This document shows, piece after piece, positions 29,003 through 39,213 of a DNA stretch of 64,000 nt. Where the stretch lies: assembly GCA_043759555.1 (NCBI GenBank), contig JAYVLH010000004.1, positions 10,196-74,195 on the forward strand, written 5' to 3'. Origin of the DNA: Sulfuricurvum sp. GTDB lineage: Bacteria > Campylobacterota > Campylobacteria > Campylobacterales > Sulfurimonadaceae. A model generated the notes under the pieces. The model did no database searches. It worked only from the letters and a program-made list of their open reading frames with translations, and was not told the DNA's origin. Position 1 is the stretch's first letter. Every line of letters starts with the position of its first letter. The translations under genes were made by a program, and so were the position numbers.

Positions 29003-30817
29003 TTAGGTTGACTCTAAATGTGATAGATTTTGAATAATTTTAGCATCTTTGGCTCCAATTAGCTCACATAGAGTTTCATAAGTCCCATTTTGTATCGCTT
29101 CAAAAGTCTCGTAATATTCTAATAATTTATAAATCTTTGGCAAAGTTATCCCTTTTTGTGAGAGAAACTTTGATTCTTGATCGCGTTTTAATTTTGTTTT
29201 TTTATGGAACGTGATGGCGCTTCGGTGGGCTTCATCTCGTAACATTTGAACGAACTGAAGTCGTTTATCGTAGGGTTCCAGTCGCAAAGTATCGTCCTGA
29301 ATATGAAGAATGTCGCGTGCTGAACCTTTTGCCCTGTGGGCTTTGGCATCCAGTTTTTCTTTGCTGATTGCGATGACATCGAGAGTGACACCTGCTGAAA
29401 ATAGCAGTTCAAGAGCAAGAGCACGCAGCGTTGAACCTCCATCGAGTATCCATAGGTCAGGAGGTGGATTGGATGTGAATCCTTCTATCCGCCGTGTCAG
29501 CATCTCTTTCATTTGGCCGTATTCATCTCTTTCGTGCAAGTGATATTGACGGTAAGAATTTTTTTCAAATCCTTCATTGACGTACACAACCATAGCTCCT
29601 ACAGTTGCGACTCCTCCTAGATGGGAATTGTCAAATATTTCAATGCGATTGGGAAAATGTTCAAGTTCAAACAGCTCTTTAATCGATTGTAAAAGTGCTT
29701 GATTACTGGGCTTATGCGTCTTTAAAAGCTCTTGTGCATTTGTGAAGGCAAGCTGCGTAAGCTGTTTTTTAATTCCGATTTTTGGTGACTCTAACGTTGC
29801 TTTTTTCTCAAAAATTTGTGTTAAGTGCTCTTGTATCCACTCTTTTTCTTCGAAAGGATGGGCGGTGAGGATGGGGGCTATAATCGGAGGTTTTTGAATT
29901 CCGTAGAAGTTTAACAATGCCCGCTCGTATCCTTCGTCCAGTGAAAAATTATCACTTACAGAGAAAAAATCGTGTGAACTCGAGGTTATTTTCCCCTCAC
30001 GTATAAACATTCGAACTACACAGCCTCTCGTTTCGTGAAATGCGATGGCAAAAATATCATAGTTTACATTTCGGGCAAGGTCGATGGCACAGGTGACGAC
30101 ACTTTTTTCAATACGCTCCAGGCGGTCACGCAAGCCCATCGCTTCTTCAAACCTGAGTTCTTCGGCATAGTATTCCATTTTCTCAATCAGTTGCGGAGAA
30201 AGAAGTTTTTTGTTTTCAATCCATGAAATAGCAGTATCGACGAGGCTCTTGTAGTATGCAATATCTACGGGGAGTTCACACGGTCCCAGACATTGGTGCA
30301 TTTGATAGTATAAGCAAACTTTTTTTCCCTTGAGACAGCTTTTTTTTTGTACCAAAGGGAGTAATTCGTAGAGTGAATCGAGAATATCACGGGCTCCGGC
30401 AGAATACGGTCCAAAATAGCGGACATTTTTGCCGTTGATTATTTTTCGTGTAATGTCGAAGCGGGGATAAGCGTCGTTTAAATCGATGTAAATGTAAGGG
30501 TAGGTTTTATCATCCCGGAGCAAAACATTGTATTTAGGAGCCAGTTGTTTTATAAGAGAGTTCTCCAGTATCAGGGCATCATGCTCTTTTTCAACGACTA
30601 TATAGTGAAGAGATACGGTTTCTGAAAGCATTTTTTGGATTCGTAGGGAAAGGGTTGCTTTTGGAGTGAGTGTCGGGGTTAGATTGAAATAACTTTTGAC
30701 TCGTTTTGAGAGATTTTTGGCTTTGCCGATGTATAAAATCTGCCCTTTTGCATTTAAATATTGGTAAATGCCTGCATTATGCGGAAGAGAGCGTATTTTA
30801 TCAATCATTGAGATCAC
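29003..30817 (-). CDS. uvrC: Excinuclease ABC subunit C
   Basis: GIY-YIG YIGKAKNL, LLRDDKTYPY, EIFDNSH, LRDEAHR. Confidence 0.96.
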   Translation of the reverse strand: MISMIDKIRSLPHNAGIYQYLNAKGQILYIGKAKNLSKRVKSYFNLTPTLTPKATLSLRIQKMLSETVSLHYIVVEKEHDALILENSLIKQLAPKYNVLLRDDKTYPYIYIDLNDAYPRFDITRKIINGKNVRYFGPYSAGARDILDSLYELLPLVQKKSCLKGKKVCLYYQMHQCLGPCELPVDIAYYKSLVDTAISWIENKKLLSPQLIEKMEYYAEELRFEEAMGLRDRLERIEKSVVTCAIDLARNVNYDIFAIAFHETRGCVVRMFIREGKITSSSHDFFSVSDNFSLDEGYERALLNFYGIQKPPIIAPILTAHPFEEKEWIQEHLTQIFEKKATLESPKIGIKKQLTQLAFTNAQELLKTHKPSNQALLQSIKELFELEHFPNRIEIFDNSHLGGVATVGAMVVYVNEGFEKNSYRQYHLHERDEYGQMKEMLTRRIEGFTSNPPPDLWILDGGSTLRALALELLFSAGVTLDVIAISKEKLDAKAHRAKGSARDILHIQDDTLRLEPYDKRLQFVQMLRDEAHRSAITFHKKTKLKRDQESKFLSQKGITLPKIYKLLEYYETFEAIQNGTYETLCELIGAKDAKIIQNLSHLEST

Positions 30818-30879
30818 TTAATCAAGTATTTATGGTAGCTATTATACCATCCTCCTTTAAAGAACCATAGGGAGAAAAT

Positions 30880-30999
30880 ATGATGAAGCTATCCGTTATG
30901 CTTTTGATTGGAATTGTATTAGCGATCAGCGGATGTGGATACAAAGCCCCTCCTTATTACCAAAAGTCAGTCACTGAGGAAAAAAATGTTGCGTTATGA
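30880..30999 (+). CDS. Small lipoprotein, LptM/YifL-like (39 aa, absent from the ORF track)
   Basis: GGGAG RBS; MMKLSVMLLIGIVLAISG-CGYKAPPYYQKSVTEEKNVAL; stop overlaps the nadB start. Confidence 0.75.
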   Translation: MMKLSVMLLIGIVLAISGCGYKAPPYYQKSVTEEKNVAL

Positions 31000-32431
31000 T
31001 GTTGTCATTATCGGTGCCGGTGTTGCAGGATTGTATGCGGCAATCGGATTGCCGAAGCATTTAAAAGTTTTGGTGATCAGCAAATCACATCCGTGGGAGT
31101 GCAATACTTATTATGCACAAGGGGGCGTAACGACCGCCTATAATAATGATGACATTTCGCTTCATGTATCTGACACGCTTGAAGCTGGTGCTGGCATGTG
31201 CAATCCCAATGCAGTGCAGTTTATGAGTGAGCAGTCTCAAAGCGTCATTCATGATTTGATGCAGCGCGGGTTTATGTTTGACACCGATGAGTATGGAAAT
31301 TTGCTGTATACAAAAGAAGCGGCCCATTCGCGCAACCGTATTTTACACGCGGGCGGTGATGCAACAGGTCGGTATCTTCATTTGTTTTTACTCCAGCAAA
31401 ATCCTCATCCGATGCTAAGCAATGCTACTGTTGTCGATTTATTAATGGAAAATAAAAAATGTTGCGGCGTGGAAGTCTTTAGCGAGGGGAAGAGGAAACT
31501 CATCTATGCAGATAATGTCGTCATCGCAAGCGGTGGGGTTGGATCGCTGTATGAATATCATACAAATTCTCATGCGATCAGCGCGGATATTCACGGTATT
31601 TGTTTGGAAAAAGGGATTGAACTGGAGTCTATGGAGATGATGCAGTTTCATCCAACGGTGTTTGTATCCGGTTCAGGGGCGCGAAAGTTATTGCTTACGG
31701 AAGCTTTGAGGGGTGAGGGGGCATGGATTGTCGATGAAAACGGGTATCGCTTTTTGTTTGAATACGATGAGCGAGGAGAGATGGCTCCTCGGGATATTGT
31801 GAGTCGTGCGATATTTGATTACAAGCAGCGCACATCCAGTCAAGTTTATATTTCGTGCGCCCATTTCGACAAAGAATATTTTCAAGGGCGTTTTCCCAAT
31901 ATTTACAAAGCATTACGAGATTTGGGGTATAACCTCCCGCAAGAGAGAGTCCCTATTTCTCCTGCATTTCATTACGCCATCGGGGGAATCAAAAGCGATT
32001 TAGAGGGGCGTGTTCCGAATACGCAAGGGTTGTATGTAGTTGGTGAAGCAGCGTGTACGGGAGTGCATGGAGCTAATCGTCTGGCGAGTAATTCACTGCT
32101 TGAGGGACTGGTGTTTGGCAAACGCGCAGCGGAGTCGATTTTGAAAAATAGTCAAAAAAGCTGTGAGCAAAAATTTGACATTTCAACAATGGCGCTTGAG
32201 CTGGAGGGTGATAAAGAGAAAAAAGATGCTTTGCGTCACATTATGTGGGATAAAGTATCAATTGTCCGGACAATATCAGGGCTGAATGAAGCCTCTTGTG
32301 CAATTGAAGAGATGCTAAACTCCGATGTTGGACGTCTTTTAAAATTACGGTTACTGAGTGCTCGTGCTATCATTCAATCTGCATTAAAACGGCATGAATC
32401 GATCGGGGTTCATTATATTACTTCCGCTTGA
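30986..32431 (+). CDS. nadB: L-aspartate oxidase
   Basis: GAGVAG, YAQGG, EAAHSRNRILHAGGD, QFHPT, HGANRLASNSLLEG. Confidence 0.93.
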   Translation: MLRYDVVIIGAGVAGLYAAIGLPKHLKVLVISKSHPWECNTYYAQGGVTTAYNNDDISLHVSDTLEAGAGMCNPNAVQFMSEQSQSVIHDLMQRGFMFDTDEYGNLLYTKEAAHSRNRILHAGGDATGRYLHLFLLQQNPHPMLSNATVVDLLMENKKCCGVEVFSEGKRKLIYADNVVIASGGVGSLYEYHTNSHAISADIHGICLEKGIELESMEMMQFHPTVFVSGSGARKLLLTEALRGEGAWIVDENGYRFLFEYDERGEMAPRDIVSRAIFDYKQRTSSQVYISCAHFDKEYFQGRFPNIYKALRDLGYNLPQERVPISPAFHYAIGGIKSDLEGRVPNTQGLYVVGEAACTGVHGANRLASNSLLEGLVFGKRAAESILKNSQKSCEQKFDISTMALELEGDKEKKDALRHIMWDKVSIVRTISGLNEASCAIEEMLNSDVGRLLKLRLLSARAIIQSALKRHESIGVHYITSA

Positions 32432-33738
32432 TCGTGTTTTTCATGATGATGCGCTGCTATTTTTAGTAAAAATGGGACACTGAGATTTAGGATAAAAGCA
32501 CTTACTGAAATGAGCAGTAAATCAGCACTGGTGATGAGGTGCATAGATAGAGCCGCCATCGCAACTAAGAAAGTAACTTCTGCTCGTCCTTGCATGGCGA
32601 TTCCTATTAGTATAGATGAGCGCCAAGGAAGAGTATTGATATATCGAGCCGTGAAAGAAGCAGCGATAAATTGGGCAATAAATACAACGCCTGCGAGAAG
32701 CAATGCTTGCGTCATAATCGCGCCAAGAGCATTGAGGCTCTCAATTTTCATGTGCAAACCAATACTGATAAAGAAAATGGGTGCGAAAAAATAGAGGGTT
32801 AAAAAACGAAGTTTTTCCATAGTGGCGTGAAATACTTCATCGCTGCTTGAATGCTCGGTTCCAAAGTGATCTTTGTTAATAATCAAACCCATAAAATAAG
32901 CTCCTAAAGCGATACTGGTTTCAAAAAATTCAGCGATGAAAGAGCCTAAAAATGCCAAAAATATCATGATGATAATGGCAACATTTTGTTCTTGTTTTCC
33001 CAGAAATTTTCCAGCTCCGGCATGAGAATAAATGGATGCTTTGGTTTTGGCAAAAATGGTGAGCAAGGTACTTTCTTTTTTGAGAGAGGTTGTCGGATGA
33101 AACAAAAAGAATAAATAGGCGATAAGAGCCATAGCTAAACTAAAAAAGAGAAAATTTGAAACAGGTTTTAGGGCAAGGGAGGTGACACTTTGGAGTGAAA
33201 TTTCAGCAGATGATGCTCCCAATGAAACGAGAATACCACCTAAAACACCCCATAAAATTAAAGAAATAACGTCATCGGTGAGTGCTGCGGCGACTATAAT
33301 GGGTTGCAGACGGCTTTTTGCACTAAAGTTGAGAGTGTTGAGCGTTAAAAAAGCGATACCAATAGAAGTCGGAGTGAATGCCATTGCAAAGACAATTGAT
33401 TTGATAGTATCGTGTGAGAGAAAAAATTCGGTGAAATAAAGTGCTGTAAAGGGTAATATAACACCTGCAATGGCGATTTTCCACCCTTTTTTAATCCCTT
33501 CTGTGAAACCTTTAAGATTTTCTTCCAAACCGAGATAAAAAAACAAAAAGATAGTTCCGATAAACGCAAAAATTTCGATGGCAGCAGATGTCGGGGAGAG
33601 AAGATGGAGATTAACCGCGGCAAGTCCCCCTATGAGATAAAAGAGAACATCAGCAATCCCCGTTTTTTTCGATGCCCATAAAGATCCGATAATAATGATG
33701 AGTAAATAAAGCAAGATAAGAGTTGTGATCATTTCCAT
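32413..33738 (-). CDS. Cation:proton antiporter (CPA2 family)
   Basis: About 12 TM helices; TSIGI, AAALTDD, FFAPIFFISIG, QGRAEV. Confidence 0.88.
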   Translation of the reverse strand: MEMITTLILLYLLIIIIGSLWASKKTGIADVLFYLIGGLAAVNLHLLSPTSAAIEIFAFIGTIFLFFYLGLEENLKGFTEGIKKGWKIAIAGVILPFTALYFTEFFLSHDTIKSIVFAMAFTPTSIGIAFLTLNTLNFSAKSRLQPIIVAAALTDDVISLILWGVLGGILVSLGASSAEISLQSVTSLALKPVSNFLFFSLAMALIAYLFFLFHPTTSLKKESTLLTIFAKTKASIYSHAGAGKFLGKQEQNVAIIIMIFLAFLGSFIAEFFETSIALGAYFMGLIINKDHFGTEHSSSDEVFHATMEKLRFLTLYFFAPIFFISIGLHMKIESLNALGAIMTQALLLAGVVFIAQFIAASFTARYINTLPWRSSILIGIAMQGRAEVTFLVAMAALSMHLITSADLLLISVSAFILNLSVPFLLKIAAHHHEKHDQAEVI

Positions 33739-33844
33739 CTGGAGCTAACCTTTTTTTAAGAAATTGTATCCAATCTATCTAACCTTGTCCTTTATATCGG
33801 TTTTTAAGGTGTAATCAGTGTTTAGAACCTATGGCGTTTGATTG

Positions 33845-34228
33845 TCAAGAGACCCTAAATACTTTGATGACTTCCAGACAAAGGATAACTATCCATATAA
33901 AAATAGTGATTCCGGTAGCAGCAGCAGAAATATCTTTAATAATTCGAATTTTTTCATTGGAGCGCGTTTCCATAAAATCACAAATCGCTTCGATGGCGGT
34001 GTTGAATACTTCTGCTGAAAGCATGACTCCTGTGGCGAGTATAATCAATGAAACATCAACCCAAGCATTGAAAATAAAAACCGGTATGAGTATGAAAATA
34101 GAAATAACGATTTTATACATGACGCTAAAATCATAGATGACGGCAAATCGTAAGCCCGAAAGGATAATTCTGAATTTCCGCAGAGGATGGTATCCATGTT
34201 CTCCAGTATTTAAAAATTTATTTTTCAT
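33845..34228 (-). CDS. dgkA: Diacylglycerol/undecaprenol kinase
   Basis: EVFNTAIEAICD, KDISAAA. Confidence 0.85.
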   Translation of the reverse strand: MKNKFLNTGEHGYHPLRKFRIILSGLRFAVIYDFSVMYKIVISIFILIPVFIFNAWVDVSLIILATGVMLSAEVFNTAIEAICDFMETRSNEKIRIIKDISAAATGITIFIWIVILCLEVIKVFRVS

Positions 34229-34869
34229 GTTAATGATCCCGATTTTACAATCAAGATGGTAATACAGCTCCAACTAATCGCAATCAGTACTCCCGCCAAG
34301 ACATCGGTCGGATAATGAACCTGTAAATACATACGAGAGAGCACGACTCCTAGGGCAATGAATATCAATGACCCAGTCAGAAGAGTGCCAAACAAGGACG
34401 GACCGGTATAGACAATCAGCCAAAGTAAAAGGGTAAATACGACAATTTGAGAAGTATGGGCACTGGGGAATGAAGGATCTATGGGTAGCTCGTTGATAGT
34501 GGGAAAAAAATGGGGCCGTTTTCGTTCAAGCTCATATTTGAGAACATAAGTGGTTAAAAATGCCCCCCAAAATCCAATTCCTAAAAGTTTTTCAAAGTTT
34601 TCAAAATATCGTGAAAGAAACAGTGTCAAAATAATGTAAAGAGGTAATAGCACCCACATAGACCCAAGCCATGTGATACTAGAAAAAAAGTGATCCAGTG
34701 TCGGGGTCTTGATTTTATGAAACCAGTTTAATGTTGCGTGATCGAATTGTACCAGATAGCCGTTGCGCATAAAAAAAGTCAAAGCGATAAAAGCACTAAT
34801 CGCTGCTAAAAGAATAAGGCTTAATAGCCAGCGTTCATCAGGAGTGATTTTTTCATTAAACTGCATCAA
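34225..34869 (-). CDS. PAP2-family phosphatase
   Basis: K...RKRP, SFPSAH, SRMYLQVHYPTDV. Confidence 0.92.
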   Translation of the reverse strand: MMQFNEKITPDERWLLSLILLAAISAFIALTFFMRNGYLVQFDHATLNWFHKIKTPTLDHFFSSITWLGSMWVLLPLYIILTLFLSRYFENFEKLLGIGFWGAFLTTYVLKYELERKRPHFFPTINELPIDPSFPSAHTSQIVVFTLLLWLIVYTGPSLFGTLLTGSLIFIALGVVLSRMYLQVHYPTDVLAGVLIAISWSCITILIVKSGSLT

Positions 34870-35003
34870 ATTTCCTTGGTTAATAGTTTATTATAGTACT
34901 ACACATAACGTAAAAAGCAAAATTAAACTACGATTAGGTATCATTTCATCAATAGACAGGGATTTTCCCCCCTTTAAAACATCTCCATCCTAAAGGCTCA
35001 CCC

Positions 35004-36548
35004 GTGAAAGATGTCAATATCATCGTCCTCGATTTTGGTTCCCAGTATACTCAGCTTATTGCCCGCCGCTTACGCGAAGACAAAGTTTATTGTGAAGTCC
35101 TCCCTTATCACACTAAAATCGATGCAATTAAAGCCAAAAATCCAAAAGGGATTATCCTAAGCGGCGGTCCTTCGTCTGTGTATAACAAAGATGCTTATAC
35201 GGTTGATCAAGGGGTTTATTCTCTTGGTATTCCTGTACTTGGTATTTGTTACGGGATGCAGCGTATCGCTGTTGATTTCGGCGGTTCTGTAATCCGAAGT
35301 GATCATCATGAATACGGTAAAGCAGAGCTTACGATTGATATGACACAGCAGTCACCCTTATTTGCACATTGTGAAGATGAACGTGCTGTATGGATGAGTC
35401 ATTCGGATAAAGTGGATATTTTGCCGGAGGGTTTTGTCCCTATCGCCTACTCACCTAATTCTCCGTATGCGGCTATCGCTGATGAAGCGCGTCAAGTGTA
35501 CGCGATGCAGTATCATCCAGAGGTAAATCACTCTGAAGAGGGCTACTTGATGCTCCGTAATTTCGCGCGTACCATCTGCGGCATTACCGAAAAATGGGAT
35601 ATGGGGCATTTTCTCAAAGAACAGATTGTTAAAATCCGTGCTCAAGTAGGTGATGGCAAAGTTCTTTGTGCTCTAAGCGGCGGGGTTGACTCTTCGGTTG
35701 TTGCCGCGTTGCTGTATGAAGCGATCGGCAATCAGCTCATCCCTGTATTTGTCGATAATGGTCTTTTGCGTAAAGGTGAGCGTGAATCGGTTGAAAATAT
35801 TTTCAAAGTCCATCTCAAAGTTCCTCTGGTTGTTGCTGATGCAGCAGAAAATTTCTTGGGCAAGCTCGCGGGTGTCACCGATCCTGAAGCCAAGCGTAAA
35901 ATTATTGGGCATACATTTATTGAAGTATTTGAACAAGAAGCAAAAAAACACGATGGAATCAAATTTTTAGCGCAGGGTACATTATATCCTGACGTGATTG
36001 AATCGGTTTCGGTAAACGGTCCATCGGTAACGATCAAAAGCCACCACAACGTTGGCGGACTTCCAGATTGGATGGATTTTGAGTTGATCGAACCGTTGCG
36101 TGATTTATTCAAAGATGAAGTTCGTAAGCTTGGGCTAGAGCTGGGGCTGCCTGATTATCTTGTAAATCGCCATCCATTCCCTGGACCAGGCTTAGGTATT
36201 CGTATTATGGGCGAAGTCAATAAGCCTGATCTTTATATTCTTCGCGAAGCGGATGCGATTTTGCTCGAGGAGCTTAAGGCAAGCGGATATTACTCAAAAA
36301 CATGGCAGGCATTTGCGGTGCTTTTAAATGTTAAAAGTGTTGGAGTTATGGGTGACAACCGTACCTATGATAACACTATTTGTGTCCGTGTTGTCGAAGC
36401 GGTAGATGGTATGACCGCAACCTTTGCTCATTTGCCACACACTTTGCTAGAGCGTATTAGCCGTCGTATTATTAATGAAGTAGACGGCATTAACCGTGTC
36501 GTTTATGATATCAGTTCAAAACCTCCTGCTACGATTGAGTGGGAATAA
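35004..36548 (+). CDS. guaA: GMP synthase
   Basis: [29 protein letters not shown]. Confidence 0.98.
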   Translation: MKDVNIIVLDFGSQYTQLIARRLREDKVYCEVLPYHTKIDAIKAKNPKGIILSGGPSSVYNKDAYTVDQGVYSLGIPVLGICYGMQRIAVDFGGSVIRSDHHEYGKAELTIDMTQQSPLFAHCEDERAVWMSHSDKVDILPEGFVPIAYSPNSPYAAIADEARQVYAMQYHPEVNHSEEGYLMLRNFARTICGITEKWDMGHFLKEQIVKIRAQVGDGKVLCALSGGVDSSVVAALLYEAIGNQLIPVFVDNGLLRKGERESVENIFKVHLKVPLVVADAAENFLGKLAGVTDPEAKRKIIGHTFIEVFEQEAKKHDGIKFLAQGTLYPDVIESVSVNGPSVTIKSHHNVGGLPDWMDFELIEPLRDLFKDEVRKLGLELGLPDYLVNRHPFPGPGLGIRIMGEVNKPDLYILREADAILLEELKASGYYSKTWQAFAVLLNVKSVGVMGDNRTYDNTICVRVVEAVDGMTATFAHLPHTLLERISRRIINEVDGINRVVYDISSKPPATIEWE

Positions 36549-36561
36549 GGCGGACACGCTT

Positions 36562-37200
36562 TTGCGTCCGATTTATCTCGTTTCTAAAACATCCCACCAT
36601 CGTATGGAGGGACTCGTCCATCTTCCTATCCTCTCCATACATTTTTTAACGCCTGACATTGATTTTACGCAATATGATGGAATTATTGTTACGTCTAAAC
36701 AAGGAGCACTTGCTCTCAAAAACTATACGCTTGATTGGAAAAAACTCAAGGTTATTTGTGTAGGTGAATCAACAGCAGAGGCGATGAAGCAGCTGGGCGC
36801 CGTTCATGTTGTGAATGCAGCTGGGTATGGGGAAACCATTTTTAATGTATTGCGCCAATATAATGGAAAATGGCTCTATTGCCGTCCAAAAATGATTGCA
36901 TCCTCATGGCCAGAGCGTGTACGAGAAGAGGGGATGATCCTCGATGAGGTGATTATTTACGAAACACGTTGCAATAAAACCATGGAAAAAATAGATATTG
37001 CAGATAATGCAGTGTTGATTTTTACCTCACCTTCAAGTATTGAATGCTTTTGTGAACGTTATGAGCTTTTATCGACACATGATATTGTGGTTATCGGAAA
37101 AACCACTCAAAATGCTTTGCCATTGGGAATAAAATCATTATTAGCAGAGGATACAAGTGTTGAATCGTGTGTGAAAATGGCTAAAGAATTAGCAGTTTGA
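36562..37200 (+). CDS. hemD: Uroporphyrinogen-III synthase
   Basis: IVTSKQG, VGESTA, FTSPSS, IGKTT; start uncertain. Confidence 0.85.
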   Translation: MRPIYLVSKTSHHRMEGLVHLPILSIHFLTPDIDFTQYDGIIVTSKQGALALKNYTLDWKKLKVICVGESTAEAMKQLGAVHVVNAAGYGETIFNVLRQYNGKWLYCRPKMIASSWPERVREEGMILDEVIIYETRCNKTMEKIDIADNAVLIFTSPSSIECFCERYELLSTHDIVVIGKTTQNALPLGIKSLLAEDTSVESCVKMAKELAV

Positions 37201-37224
37201 CATCCGTTTTAAGCTTTTTGAGGT

Positions 37225-37230
37225 TATAAT
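37225..37230 (+). promoter_or_regulatory. Sigma70/80 -10 box of the 6S RNA gene
   Basis: TATAAT 5-6 nt before the RNA, preceded by periodic T-tracts. Confidence 0.7.
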
Positions 37231-37235
37231 TATTA

Positions 37236-37428
37236 ACTCTGGGCGCAGCGAGTAACCGCAATATGAGGGTTCTACATATATAACTAGTCACATCCGTAGA
37301 CGTTTCGGTGTGTCGGTGGTCTTGTTTGAGCGTGTAAACGTGAGAGATTGCCGCCGGAAGAAACGCTCGATATGGCGCAATTACAGCTTTGAAGAACCAA
37401 AGCTACTGCGAAACGCCCGCCTGGGCTT
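37236..37428 (+). ncRNA. ssrS: 6S RNA (the epsilonproteobacterial 'purD motif')
   Basis: About 190 nt, GC-richer than flanks, complementary termini (tctgggcg/cgcctggg), directly upstream of purD as in Helicobacter/Campylobacter. Confidence 0.85.
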
Positions 37429-37495
37429 TTACTTTATTTAAAAATCCATTGGGGCTTTTAGATGAGAGAATCAATTATTTTTTTGGGGTAAATGT

Positions 37496-38764
37496 ATGAA
37501 CATAATGATAATCGGCAGCGGTGGACGAGAATTTTCGATTGGGAGAGTTTTAAAGCAAGATCCTGAAGTTTCGAACCTCTATTTTGTTCCCGGAAATGGT
37601 GCGACCACGATGCTGGGCGAAAACATTGCCATTAAAGATTATGAAGAATTAGCGCAGTTCGCACTTGATAACACCATTGAGTTAACGATTGTTGGACCAG
37701 AAGGTCCCTTAACAGATGGTGTTGTGGATATCTTCAAAGCCAAAGGATTAGTAATTTTTGGTCCTTCAAAAGCAGCTGCACAGCTGGAAGGTTCGAAAGT
37801 TTATATGAAAAACTTTTTGGCTAAATACAATATCCCTACAGCGCGCTACATCGAAACGGCACATATTGGTGATGCCTTTGCCTTTATCGATTCTCTTACG
37901 GCTCCTATCGTCGTTAAAGCAGACGGTTTATGTGCAGGCAAGGGTGTTATTATTGCACAGAGCTATGATGAAGCCAAAGTGGCCGTTTCGGAAATGTTAA
38001 GCGGAAAATCGTTCGGCGATGCAGGAAAGCGAGTCATCATCGAAGAGTTTTTGGATGGATATGAACTTTCGATGTTTGCCCTTTGTGATGGAAAAGATTT
38101 TATTCTTCTCCCTGCTGCACAAGACCATAAACGGCTTTTAGATGGCGATGAAGGTCCAAATACCGGTGGAATGGGAGCGTATGCACCTACTCCTCTTGTT
38201 GATGAGATTATTTACGAAAAAGTTAAAGAGCGGGTAATTCGTCCGACATTATTAGGGATGCAAGAAGAGGGAGCACCTTTTGAAGGTGTTCTTTTTATTG
38301 GTATCATGGTTGTTAATGGCGAACCCATAACTTTAGAGTTCAATGTCCGTTTTGGAGACCCTGAGTGTGAGATTTTGATGCCGCTTTTAAAAACTCCTGC
38401 ACGTGAACTTTTCTATAAAGCCGCTACCAAGCAGCTGGATACACTGAATGTTGAGTTTTATGACAAATACGCTGTGGGTGTTGTTATGGCAAGTAAAAAT
38501 TATCCTTTTGGTGATTCTATACCTGCTGAAATTGTTGTCGATGAAATTCATCATGATAAGATTGCGCAAAACACACATATTGCGTATGCTGGTGTGAATG
38601 AGGAAGATGGAAAATTGTATGCAACAGGCGGACGGGTACTTGTATGTGTGGGAGTGGGGGATAGTATTAAAGAAGCTCGAAATCGTGCTTATATGCTGTG
38701 CGGACAAGTCCATTTTGCAGGCAAAAAACTTCGTACTGACATCGCGTATCAAGCTTTGCGCTAA
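37496..38764 (+). CDS. purD: Phosphoribosylamine-glycine ligase
   Basis: GSGGRE, KADGLCAGKGV, QDHKRL, GPNTGGMG, EFNVRFGDPE. Confidence 0.98.
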   Translation: MNIMIIGSGGREFSIGRVLKQDPEVSNLYFVPGNGATTMLGENIAIKDYEELAQFALDNTIELTIVGPEGPLTDGVVDIFKAKGLVIFGPSKAAAQLEGSKVYMKNFLAKYNIPTARYIETAHIGDAFAFIDSLTAPIVVKADGLCAGKGVIIAQSYDEAKVAVSEMLSGKSFGDAGKRVIIEEFLDGYELSMFALCDGKDFILLPAAQDHKRLLDGDEGPNTGGMGAYAPTPLVDEIIYEKVKERVIRPTLLGMQEEGAPFEGVLFIGIMVVNGEPITLEFNVRFGDPECEILMPLLKTPARELFYKAATKQLDTLNVEFYDKYAVGVVMASKNYPFGDSIPAEIVVDEIHHDKIAQNTHIAYAGVNEEDGKLYATGGRVLVCVGVGDSIKEARNRAYMLCGQVHFAGKKLRTDIAYQALR

Positions 38765-39213
38765 TGAATAACGATATCGAAAATCTCCTTAGTCGAGAAA
38801 ATTTACAGCTTGCAAGCATACGAGCTCGTGTGGCTGCGTTTGGTATTGATGAAGTCTTGTTAAGTTTTATTTTATTGGTTATTTTGTGGGATTCTATTTC
38901 TGCTGCCACAAGTGTTGAAGCAATGATTTTAGTGATTAATACTTTTGTTTTGGAATACATGGCGATAAAGATTCTTTATCAAACCTTTTTTACGATGCAA
39001 TACGGAGCAACATTAGGCAAAATTGTGATGAAAATTCGAATTATAGAGGTTAAAACTCTTTCAAATCCGAGTTTTTTTTGTGCTTTTAATCGTTCGGTTT
39101 TTCGTATTATCAGCGAGCTTCTTTTTTATCTTGGATTTGCATGGGCATTTTTTGACCCCTACCGCCGTTCATGGCATGATCTAAGTGCGCGGACTTTGGT
39201 TATCAATGCGTAA
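38764..39213 (+). CDS. RDD-family membrane protein
   Basis: RVAAFGID, GATLGK, WHD. Confidence 0.9.
   Translation: MNNDIENLLSRENLQLASIRARVAAFGIDEVLLSFILLVILWDSISAATSVEAMILVINTFVLEYMAIKILYQTFFTMQYGATLGKIVMKIRIIEVKTLSNPSFFCAFNRSVFRIISELLFYLGFAWAFFDPYRRSWHDLSARTLVINA

Noticed and set aside
37236-37428. Novel purine riboswitch upstream of purD
   Set aside because: Size, terminal pairing and position match the known epsilonproteobacterial 6S RNA
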